Positions 19,237 through 27,187 of a DNA stretch of 38,978 nucleotides are shown here, piece by piece. The DNA lies in NCBI GenBank assembly GCA_046709585.1, contig JBKEFO010000001.1:1-38978 (forward strand), read 5' to 3'. Positions within the stretch are counted from its first letter, which is position 1; the number at the start of each line of letters is the position of its first letter. The notes beneath the pieces are model-generated. The model was given only the letters and a program-made list of their open reading frames with translations, was not told the origin of the DNA and did not search any database. Both the position numbers and the translations under genes were made by a program. Origin of the DNA: Marivirga sp. (GTDB taxonomy: Bacteria > Bacteroidota > Bacteroidia > Cytophagales > Cyclobacteriaceae).

Positions 19237-20328
19237 GTGAATAGAATAAAACCAATTTTATACCTAGTAGGTGTTGCATTAATTGTATTAATAATAAGTT
19301 TACTTTTTGCCGATATCCTAATATATGTAGTGCTCTCGTTGATAATTGCTACAATATTAAGACCCTTGGTAAGCTATTTAAATAAGCTGTATTTTTTCGG
19401 CTATAATTTACCAAAAATTGTTTCCATAATAATTGGCTATGGTATTTTGGTGGGTTTTATTGTTTTGTTTGTAGGCTTATTTGTTCCGTTAATATCCGAG
19501 CAAATCCGCATCCTAAATCAACTTGATTATAATGCGCTCTACCAAAGTATCTCAGAGCCTATAGCAGCAATTGAAAATTTCCTATTTGAATCTTTTCCTT
19601 CCATAGGGGAAGAGGGTTTTTTGATTGATACCATCAGAAACAATATTCTTGGTTTCGTTCAAACATTAGATTTTAGCTCCCTTCTAAATAATTTACTTTC
19701 TTTTACTGGTAGCTTCTTTGTGGGGCTATTAGCAGTAAGTTTTATTAGTTTTTTCATGCTTTTTGAAAAAGGTATGCTGAGGAGGCGAATTATATCAATT
19801 ATTCCAAATAAGTATTTTGAAGTGTCAATAGGCGCTATTTACAAGATTGAAAGCTTACTTTCTAACTACCTTTTAGGCCTGTTATTTCAAATGATTGCCA
19901 TATTTACTATTGCCGCTGTAGGCTTAAGTATTTTTGGTGTCAAGTATGCCATTACTATAGCTGTATTTGCCGCTGTTGCTAACTTAATTCCCTATGCAGG
20001 GCCACTTTTGGGTTCGCTATTTGGAATAATTGTTGGCGTAACTACAGGAGGATTATTTGAGATGAATAATGAGTTGTTTTTCCTTCTAGTTAAAATTGTT
20101 TCCGTTTTTGCAACAGTCCAGGTAACAGACAACATTCTCCTGCAACCACTTATTTTCTCAAAAAGTGTAAAAGCGCATCCATTAGAAATTTTTGTTATTA
20201 TCTTTGCAGGCGCATCCTTAGCAGGGGTCGTTGGCATGATCGCGGCGATACCGGTTTATACAGTACTACGGGTTATATTTGTAGAGCTGTACAATGGATA
20301 CCGAAGATATAAGATATTTCAGAATTAA
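19237..20328 (+). CDS. AI-2E (PerM) family transporter
   Basis: Multi-TM; NLIPYAGP, DN.LLQP.I....HPL, G.VGMI.AIP. Confidence 0.92.
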   Translation: MNRIKPILYLVGVALIVLIISLLFADILIYVVLSLIIATILRPLVSYLNKLYFFGYNLPKIVSIIIGYGILVGFIVLFVGLFVPLISEQIRILNQLDYNALYQSISEPIAAIENFLFESFPSIGEEGFLIDTIRNNILGFVQTLDFSSLLNNLLSFTGSFFVGLLAVSFISFFMLFEKGMLRRRIISIIPNKYFEVSIGAIYKIESLLSNYLLGLLFQMIAIFTIAAVGLSIFGVKYAITIAVFAAVANLIPYAGPLLGSLFGIIVGVTTGGLFEMNNELFFLLVKIVSVFATVQVTDNILLQPLIFSKSVKAHPLEIFVIIFAGASLAGVVGMIAAIPVYTVLRVIFVELYNGYRRYKIFQN

Positions 20329-20339
20329 AATTATAAAAA

Positions 20340-21437
20340 ATGGGCTTAAGATGCGGAATTGTTGGTTTACCGAATGTAGGTAAATCTACGCTGTTCAATG
20401 CGCTTTCAAATGCTAAAGCTGAGGCGGCAAACTTTCCTTTTTGTACAATAGAACCAAATGTAGGTGTAATTAGTGTGCCTGATGAGCGTTTAGATATTTT
20501 AAAGGATTTAGTAAATCCCAATAAGGTTGTACCAACGATTATAGAATTTGTGGATATAGCAGGTTTGGTAGAAGGCGCTAGCAAAGGTGAGGGCTTAGGT
20601 AATAAGTTTCTGGCAAACATCAGAGAGGTCGATGCGATAGTGCATGTGGTACGCTGTTTTGAAGATGATAATATTACACATGTCGCCGGTAGGGTAAACC
20701 CGGTGGCTGATAAGGATATTATTGATACGGAACTACAACTCAAAGATTTAGACTCTGTTGAAAAGAAAATACAGAAAACAGAAAAAGTAGCTAAGTCAGG
20801 AGATGCCAAAGCAAAACAGGAACTAGCTATTCTTCTTAAATACAAGGAAGCTTTAGAAGCAGGTAAAAATGCAAGGACATTGGACTTGACAAGTGACGAG
20901 AAGGAGCCTATCCGAGATCTGATGCTTTTAACTGATAAGCCTGTTATCTATGTGACAAATGTTGAAGAAGCATCGGCAATGAGTGGAAATAAATTTGTCG
21001 ACCAATTCAAGGAATATGTGAAAGAGGAGGATGCTGAAGTGATAGTGGTAAGTGCTGCCATTGAATCACAAATAGCTGAATTTGACGATGAAGAAGAGAA
21101 AGCAATGTTCCTTGGTGAATATGGACTTACTGAGTCTGGACTAAATAAGTTGATTCGTGCATCGTATACTATCTTGGACTTGATTACATACTTTACAGCT
21201 GGTGTAACAGAAGTGAGAGCTTGGACCATTAAGAAAGGGTGGAAAGCTCCTGCAGCGGCTGGCGTGATCCATACTGATTTTGAAAAAGGCTTTATCAAAG
21301 CAGAGGTAATAAAGTTGGAGAATTACAGGAAATATAAAACAGAACAAGCTTGTAAAGAGGCAGGTAAAATGGCCATCGAAGGAAAAGAGTATGTTGTCCA
21401 TGATGGAGACATAATGCACTTTCGATTTAATGTGTAG
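20340..21437 (+). CDS. ychF: Ribosome-binding ATPase YchF
   Basis: [47 protein letters not shown]-terminal TGS domain. Confidence 0.98.
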   Translation: MGLRCGIVGLPNVGKSTLFNALSNAKAEAANFPFCTIEPNVGVISVPDERLDILKDLVNPNKVVPTIIEFVDIAGLVEGASKGEGLGNKFLANIREVDAIVHVVRCFEDDNITHVAGRVNPVADKDIIDTELQLKDLDSVEKKIQKTEKVAKSGDAKAKQELAILLKYKEALEAGKNARTLDLTSDEKEPIRDLMLLTDKPVIYVTNVEEASAMSGNKFVDQFKEYVKEEDAEVIVVSAAIESQIAEFDDEEEKAMFLGEYGLTESGLNKLIRASYTILDLITYFTAGVTEVRAWTIKKGWKAPAAAGVIHTDFEKGFIKAEVIKLENYRKYKTEQACKEAGKMAIEGKEYVVHDGDIMHFRFNV

Positions 21438-21522
21438 TCGTCTTTTTTAAGGCGTAGGTATTCCTTTTAATTTTACTGTTTTTATATTTATTTACACTTT
21501 CTCGAAACAATTGTGGTTTATT

Positions 21523-21549
21523 TTTAGTCTCCTTTCGAAAGAGATTAGG
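21523..21549 (+). promoter_or_regulatory. Hairpin directly upstream of the cas6 start codon
   Basis: TAGTCT-(C)-CTT-TCGA-AAG-AGATTA (21525-21547) extendable by two G-U pairs; ends 2 nt before the GTG at 21552. Confidence 0.4.
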
Positions 21550-21551
21550 CT

Positions 21552-22337
21552 GTGCGTGTAAGGATAATATTTGAAAATAAAGACAAGGGGGCAGCTGTCC
21601 CATTTCATCATCAATATCATTTATATCGTCTTTTTAAAGGCATAATAAAGAAATGTAATGATGAAAACATGGAAAGTTTTAAGCATTACAACTTTTCAGG
21701 ATTGAAAGGGCAAACCAAAGTTAGTAAGAATGGTCTACATTTTTATAGCAACAAAATAACGGTAGTTTTCTCGTGTTCCAATAAGGCCTTCTTAGATAAA
21801 ATAATAGAGCAAATTTTTAGTTTTGAATTACTGAAGGTTAGAAATTTACCCATCAAGCCCTTATCTGTGGAACTGGAATCTGAAATCCACTTTGAAGAGA
21901 AAATGGAATTTATTTGTATTTCCCCAATTGTACAGCTGAAAGCGGAGTTTTTCGATGATGCTAGTAAAGAATTTATACACCCTTGCAGCGAGCAATTTGC
22001 GCATAATCTAAAGCAAAATTTAATTAGCCGATTTCCGCAATTTGAACCCTATGAGTCGGCTATTCAATTTACACCTGACCGTTCTTACGTAGATAGGATA
22101 GAGAGAAATGGAAAAAAATATTCTCGAATATATCCTTTATTTGATCAAGACATACCCTATGAGGTTAGGGGATATACGCTTCCTTTTATGCTCGAAGCAC
22201 CAGTAGATTTGCAGAAATTAGTTTACAACAACGGTATTGGCCTTTACTGTGATAAGGGCTTTGGTATGTTAGATCTAGCAAATGTTCAGCCTGGAACAGA
22301 AACAGTCACTTATTTTGACGGGCAGTTCGTGAATTGA
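21552..22337 (+). CDS. cas6: Stand-alone Cas6-family (RAMP) endoribonuclease-like protein
   Basis: N-terminal MRVRIIF..VPFHHQY, FKHYNFSGL, mid-protein CISPIV, and the C-terminal G-rich loop GIGLYCDKGFGML (GhGxxxxxGhG); 261 aa; GTG start. Confidence 0.88.
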   Translation: MRVRIIFENKDKGAAVPFHHQYHLYRLFKGIIKKCNDENMESFKHYNFSGLKGQTKVSKNGLHFYSNKITVVFSCSNKAFLDKIIEQIFSFELLKVRNLPIKPLSVELESEIHFEEKMEFICISPIVQLKAEFFDDASKEFIHPCSEQFAHNLKQNLISRFPQFEPYESAIQFTPDRSYVDRIERNGKKYSRIYPLFDQDIPYEVRGYTLPFMLEAPVDLQKLVYNNGIGLYCDKGFGMLDLANVQPGTETVTYFDGQFVN

Positions 22338-23619
22338 ATTGGGTGTAGCCAATTAGTTCATCGTACCTCAGTTGTGGATTGCTGTAGTAAATCGCGATAT
22401 CATAGCTATTTTCTGTATCAACGTAACTGCCTTCAAATTTATAAACGGGTTCCTGTGGAGTGAAATACATGTATTCATAAAACCCCTGCTTCAGTTTATA
22501 TGTCCTTTGGTAAGTGCTCGTACTCTCATTATACTTCATTATACTGTTGGAATTAGTTTCCCAATTATTGAATTCTCCGATTATGTAAATGGGCTCACTC
22601 TGTTGCGGACTAGCTAGTCGGAAAGTAACATCAATATAATCATTCACCAGCTCTGTAGTTTGTCGTTCTCTGTTACCGATGAAAAACTGACCATTATTGT
22701 CTTGCCATTCTCTATATGCCTGGGAAGCTCGACTTCTATCAATGCTGGAAAGCATTTTGATAGGGGTCTGTGTTTGGTCTATTTCTGAAATATTAGCACC
22801 TTTAAAATTAACAGTACTTATATCTATAAACCTAAATTCGCTGAATCCAACGAAATTCAGTGTCCCATCGAAAAAATTGTATTGGAGCACCTCACCTTGT
22901 ATAAATCTAGGCTCATTTAATGTGATCTCATTATTCCAGTTATTATTTTGTTTAACTACTGGATAAATATCCCCTCCTCTATTTAATATATTTGCACCAT
23001 TTAGGCGTACTTCAAATTCTACTTCTTGCATTGTTCTTCTATTTCTTACCAAGCTAGAAGGGACAATTTTGTAGGCGACAGAAGTCTTATTTTCATATAC
23101 TCTGAAGCGCTCGGATAGAACGATATCATTTTCATTATTTCCTTTATATACGACGAGGAGGTAGTTTCCGGTAACCTCGACGGCAGGAACCTTGAATTGG
23201 TAATGGATATACGGTATTTTGGTGTCAAAGGAATATTCGTAATCTTGAATAGGTATTTGATTATATCCATCTAAATAATTCATTGATAATACCTGACTCA
23301 GCTTAGTCCAGTCTTTATTGAGATGGAGTATTCTTGCCTGATATAGTTGCTGCTGATTTGACAAGTCGTCAAAGGTAAGTATTAAGCTTTGCTGACTATT
23401 TAATTCTATTGAAGGATTGTTTCGCGCTGTATTAGAGCCGTTTTTGAAGGTTAAAAGCTGAACAGTTTTTATATTGTTTTGATAGGAATTATTGTTGAAT
23501 TGTAAGGCAGGGAATCTTTGCGTAGTACTAGTATTCGGCTGGATTGGAACGCAAGCATAGCTCACTAAAAACCCAATTACTAACGTGCATTTTAAAATAA
23601 AATATTTTATTCCAACCAT
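22306..23619 (-). CDS. DUF5103 family lipoprotein (T9SS plug protein-like)
   Basis: Lipobox SYAC; IKTVQL, LTFDDL, YIHYQF, GNYLL.VY, EFRFID, LKQGFYEY.Y, EGS...TEN.Y...YD.LIG. Confidence 0.85.
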   Translation of the reverse strand: MVGIKYFILKCTLVIGFLVSYACVPIQPNTSTTQRFPALQFNNNSYQNNIKTVQLLTFKNGSNTARNNPSIELNSQQSLILTFDDLSNQQQLYQARILHLNKDWTKLSQVLSMNYLDGYNQIPIQDYEYSFDTKIPYIHYQFKVPAVEVTGNYLLVVYKGNNENDIVLSERFRVYENKTSVAYKIVPSSLVRNRRTMQEVEFEVRLNGANILNRGGDIYPVVKQNNNWNNEITLNEPRFIQGEVLQYNFFDGTLNFVGFSEFRFIDISTVNFKGANISEIDQTQTPIKMLSSIDRSRASQAYREWQDNNGQFFIGNRERQTTELVNDYIDVTFRLASPQQSEPIYIIGEFNNWETNSNSIMKYNESTSTYQRTYKLKQGFYEYMYFTPQEPVYKFEGSYVDTENSYDIAIYYSNPQLRYDELIGYTQFNSRTARQNK

Positions 23620-23639
23620 ATCTTCTTAATTTGGGTCTA
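23613..23639 (+). promoter_or_regulatory. Candidate ECF-type autoregulatory promoter
   Basis: CAACC-N16-GGTCTA, fitting the general ECF AAC/GTC architecture, 28 nt before the sigma ATG. Confidence 0.4.
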
Positions 23640-23667
23640 ATATAACAGAATCTGGAAAGGTTTCCAT

Positions 23668-24216
23668 ATGTCAACAGCCATTGAAATTATAAAAGGTTGC
23701 CAAAAAGGTAATAGGAAGAGTCAATACCAGCTCTACCAACAATATGCATCTGGAATGCTTGCTGTTGCTATGCGATATTCTAAATCTACACAAGAGGCAG
23801 AAGATATATTACAAGAAGGCTTTATTAAAGTATTTCAAAATATAGGCAAGTTTAGACAAGACTCAAGTATTGGCTATTGGATAAAGCGAATAATAATTAA
23901 TACAGCCTTAAATCACCAAAGAAATAAACTATACCTCTATCCTATGGTAGATGTAGATGATCTAACAGAAGGATTAGGGGCTAGTTCTTTAGAAAATCTG
24001 GAAATGGAAGACCTCATGAATATGGTACAAGAGCTACCAACTGGCTGTCAGGTGATTTTTAATTTATATGCAATAGAAGGTTATCAACATAAGGAGATAG
24101 CTAAAATGTTATCTATTAACGAAGGGACTAGCAAATCGCAGTATGCCAGAGCTAGAAAACTATTAATGGAAATAATAGAAAAGAATAATCAGTGGGGTAA
24201 TGAAAGAGTACAGTAA
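23668..24216 (+). CDS. ECF-type RNA polymerase sigma factor
   Basis: AEDILQEGFIKVF, WIKRIIINTA, LP.GCQVIFNLYAIEGY.HKEIA.ML.I.EGTSKSQY.RAR. Confidence 0.96.
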   Translation: MSTAIEIIKGCQKGNRKSQYQLYQQYASGMLAVAMRYSKSTQEAEDILQEGFIKVFQNIGKFRQDSSIGYWIKRIIINTALNHQRNKLYLYPMVDVDDLTEGLGASSLENLEMEDLMNMVQELPTGCQVIFNLYAIEGYQHKEIAKMLSINEGTSKSQYARARKLLMEIIEKNNQWGNERVQ

Positions 24217-25582
24217 AGATATATTTAATAGAAACCTGAAGGGGAAGTTCAAAGACGCAAATTTTGAGCCTTCAACTGCCGTATGGGACGCCATTGAGGC
24301 GAATCTATTACGTGCTGAGAATAAACAGATGCGAAGGAGAGCGATCTGGTATAGGAATATTGCAGCTGCAGTGATACTAATTGCACTGGTTTCACTTTAT
24401 TATAATGTGATAGACAGCGTTTCTGATACTTTCCTTGGCGAAGATTGGCAAGCTATTGAGTTGTCTGAAGCGGCGAACTCAGCATTTACCGATAATAGGA
24501 AGGGAGCAAAATTTCCTGTGATTATTAATGATGTTTTATCTATAAAAAGAGTGGATAATACTAGGCGTCAAGATCAGATAGGAGAGGGAGTTGCTGGTGC
24601 AGTAAATGCAATTGCCTCCTTTACTGATATGGAAGTTGAGGACGAATTGATGAATATTGACAAAAATCGTGCTATAGTTAATTTGATGCATAAAGATAGA
24701 ATGAAGCCTACTTTAGATGAAATTGCTTTATCTGATAACCCTGATAATCTTGAGCAAGTATCTTTTTTTGCTATTAGTGAGGTAGAAAAAATGAACGAAA
24801 GAAGTGCTGTTAATTTTGAGGCAAACGTGTTGTTTGGCTCGGGTAATTTTAATCCGAATGCTACTATTAGTGAAGGTAATTCTGTTTTGTCTACAGCGAT
24901 AGTGTCAAACACATCAGGTATAGCTACCAGAAACAATGTAAATGATGGGTATAATGAAAGGCAAACAATTGAGAATTTAAGCAACGCTCCCATGAGAAGT
25001 AATCTTTCTTTGTCTTATGGCTTAAATTTTGGATTTAATTTAGGGAAGCGATTCTTAATTAAAAGTGGCTTGACGTATGGTAATTTTAGGTCAACTTCTG
25101 AAAGTAGCGCTGTGCTACGAGATTTGAATAGTGATGATTTATTTCCCTATCATGGTGCAAGTAGCGCAGCAAGTGCTGCTGAAGGAAAAGTCATAAACAT
25201 TACTTCGCCTTATAATCTTTATAACGATTTTGAAATTTTATCAGTACCGCTTCAATTAAGCTATAAACTTATTGATGCTAAGTTCGCTATTGCACTGATG
25301 ATGGGTGCGACAGCTGACTTTTTGTTGTCTAACTCCATTATAGGTGCAAGCGATCAGCTAAATACCATCACCTTTTCACAGCGAGAAAGGAATGCATATA
25401 AGAATGTATTTGCTAGTGGCATAGCGGGTATTGAGTTAAGTTATGAGCTTGGTAAGCACTATGGGATATCTTTAACACCTCAGTATAAAAAGGCACTTAC
25501 TAATGTTACTAACAACGGCGTTGGGTTTAGTAGTTCACCAGCATTTGCTAGTGTAAACATGAGCTTTCAATATATATTTTAA
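24200..25582 (+). CDS. Anti-sigma factor with TM helix and C-terminal outer-membrane beta-barrel (dual membrane-spanning type)
   Basis: Overlaps the sigma gene by 17 bp; N-terminal EPS..VW..IE..L motif, one TM helix (IAAAVILIALVSLYY), long linker, amphipathic beta-strands ending in a terminal Phe (FQYIF). Confidence 0.8.
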   Translation: MKEYSKDIFNRNLKGKFKDANFEPSTAVWDAIEANLLRAENKQMRRRAIWYRNIAAAVILIALVSLYYNVIDSVSDTFLGEDWQAIELSEAANSAFTDNRKGAKFPVIINDVLSIKRVDNTRRQDQIGEGVAGAVNAIASFTDMEVEDELMNIDKNRAIVNLMHKDRMKPTLDEIALSDNPDNLEQVSFFAISEVEKMNERSAVNFEANVLFGSGNFNPNATISEGNSVLSTAIVSNTSGIATRNNVNDGYNERQTIENLSNAPMRSNLSLSYGLNFGFNLGKRFLIKSGLTYGNFRSTSESSAVLRDLNSDDLFPYHGASSAASAAEGKVINITSPYNLYNDFEILSVPLQLSYKLIDAKFAIALMMGATADFLLSNSIIGASDQLNTITFSQRERNAYKNVFASGIAGIELSYELGKHYGISLTPQYKKALTNVTNNGVGFSSSPAFASVNMSFQYIF

Positions 25583-25603
25583 AACACGTTGAATCTGTGT
25601 GTT

Positions 25604-25772
25604 CCCTTTAAAAGTGAGTAATTATATTACTTATTTACAAGCCAACGAATACGTCTATGGAATGCTTATTTAAATAAGCTATTTTCCTTCTCGTCAGAAG
25701 GTTTCCATAAACGCATCGACAATAGTCGTATCGATTGTATAAAGTCTAAATGCGTAATATTGTTGCAAGGGG
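25604..25772. ncRNA. Candidate structured non-coding RNA (unassigned)
   Basis: Nested pairings: 25604-08/25767-71, 25624-37/25747-60, 25648-62/25703-17, plus internal hairpins 25664-79, 25686-701 and 25719-38. Confidence 0.45.
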
Positions 25773-25799
25773 TCTTATGATAGATAGGGTGGTCTGCAA

Positions 25800-26504
25800 T
25801 TAGCTTTTAGATATCAAGCCCAATCGAATTTTGATATATAGATTTATTTCTGGGTTTAATTTTGTATTGGTAAGTCCATAACCAGGTAGTAGCTGTGTAT
25901 TGGCAAACTTAAATTTAGAATAATTTAAATTCGATTTTAACCTTACTTTAAACCCTAGTCGGAGGAAGTCATTAATTGGACTTTTAAATATTCTATTTAT
26001 TCTTTTTTCTGATGTGACAACAAATTCTAGCCAATTTGCTGACAAATTACTCCTTTGAATATTACCTATTTGGTCCTCGAAAATAGGGTTGGCTGAAGTG
26101 TATAAAATTGATTCATTATAATTGCTCAAACTATACCTTAATCCTACCATGAAGTGGTTGTCAGCATTAATTTGCAATATATAATCTAAGCCAAATCTAC
26201 CATAATTGCCATCAACAGTATAGTCTGCATTTTTAAATGCATCTTCCGGCATAAGAGTAGCTATGCCAACCTCAGCAATGAGGTTAATTTTATTCTTAAT
26301 AGAAAGGTTCAATGCAACCTCCCATTTTTCTGCATCATCTAATAGTAAGGTGTGTAGCTTTAAATAGTCAAAGCTCAATCCTACTCCAATGACTTTAGTT
26401 TTTTTTGTTTGATCATCCCCAGTTTCAGTTTCTTGGGCGAAAGAATTTTGCTCGAATAGCAGTATAGCAGCTAATAGAATTATAAAAAATTTATATTTCG
26501 ACAT
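25800..26504 (-). CDS. Outer-membrane beta-barrel protein (DUF6048-like)
   Basis: Start moved to the ATG at 26504 (MSKYKFFIILLAAILLF..FAQE signal peptide); Y.VDGNYGRFGLDY, LPGYG motifs; beta-strand pattern. Confidence 0.75.
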   Translation of the reverse strand: MSKYKFFIILLAAILLFEQNSFAQETETGDDQTKKTKVIGVGLSFDYLKLHTLLLDDAEKWEVALNLSIKNKINLIAEVGIATLMPEDAFKNADYTVDGNYGRFGLDYILQINADNHFMVGLRYSLSNYNESILYTSANPIFEDQIGNIQRSNLSANWLEFVVTSEKRINRIFKSPINDFLRLGFKVRLKSNLNYSKFKFANTQLLPGYGLTNTKLNPEINLYIKIRLGLISKS

Positions 26505-27129
26505 ATATCGTTTGGTTGTTGCTAATGCACACAGTTTTGCTACAGCCATAGGGCCCTCTCAGAGAATCAAAAGTATGTTCCATTACAAGGAGTTGCTTTG
26601 CGGCTTTGGTGATTTTACTGTCGATTATAGTATCTACTAGCTGGTAACTTATAGCTAGTTCTTTAGAGAAATTGGCTCCCTCGATTTCAATAATATATCT
26701 AGATACTAGGTCATTGGGATTAATAGGGATTTGGAAATTCACGAGGCTGTCATCTTCATCCTCTGCGAATTGAAATACATTCAGTTTTGAATTAATGGAT
26801 TTGATACTTATTAAGCGGCTTTTCACAATAGAGACTAATGAGTTGTAAAAAGATAGTGAATCTACTTTGATCGATTTCAATCCATTAAGGGAATCACTTT
26901 TGCCAGCATTTGATTGATCTGCTAAAAGCGCGTCGATAGTTTTTACCTCTGCTTTTAGTCTAGTTACATCTATGCTTAAGCTATCAAGTGACGTTTTATT
27001 TAGGACTGTAAACTTAAAGTAAGGATAAGCATCATTAGGGCCACAATCAAAGCATGTTTCACATGCTGAGGTGAAAATTAATAGCGTTACACTCACCGTC
27101 AAGATAATATGAAGAATGTATTTATTCAT
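26491..27129 (-). CDS. Lipoprotein of unknown function (DUF6452-like by position)
   Basis: Lipobox TSAC followed by ETCFDC; overlaps the downstream barrel gene; family call is tentative. Confidence 0.7.
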   Translation of the reverse strand: MNKYILHIILTVSVTLLIFTSACETCFDCGPNDAYPYFKFTVLNKTSLDSLSIDVTRLKAEVKTIDALLADQSNAGKSDSLNGLKSIKVDSLSFYNSLVSIVKSRLISIKSINSKLNVFQFAEDEDDSLVNFQIPINPNDLVSRYIIEIEGANFSKELAISYQLVDTIIDSKITKAAKQLLVMEHTFDSLRGPYGCSKTVCISNNQTIYVEI

Positions 27130-27133
27130 AGGG

Positions 27134-27141
27134 CAAAATTA
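27134..27141 (-). promoter_or_regulatory. Bacteroidota -7 promoter element adjacent to the lipoprotein start
   Basis: TAATTTTG on the minus strand, 4 nt before the ATG at 27129. Confidence 0.55.
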
Positions 27142-27187
27142 CATGCTATGTTTAATATTCGGCTATTAGTGAGCTTACTTTTATTCA

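Noticed and set aside
20273-21419. Antisense ORFs over ychF (190, 116 and 92 aa) and similar 60-140 aa shadow ORFs over pepF, E1, yjjX, the anti-sigma, HAD, dprA, alaS, gatB and TlpA
   Set aside because: They overlap well-supported genes, lack motifs and show the Ser/Phe-rich composition typical of antisense frames.
21438-21551. CRISPR array or leader next to cas6
   Set aside because: Only 114 bp with a single hairpin; no regularly spaced direct repeats here or in any other intergenic region of the window.
25664-25701. SRP RNA-like GAAGGAA..AGC on the minus strand
   Set aside because: Lacks the CAGG/CCGG...GNRA-capped helix 8 geometry of SRP RNA.
25655-25712. Hammerhead-like motifs on the minus strand (CUGACGA...GAAA...stem...UUC)
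   Set aside because: Stem II cannot form (only GAAG between the core motifs) and stem I is separated from CUGA by 8 nt; the CUGACGA is instead held in the CCUUCU/AGAAGG hairpin.
26505-26549. Upstream ATG start for the beta-barrel gene
   Set aside because: Would bury the signal peptide and extend the overlap; the ATG at 26504 is preferred.
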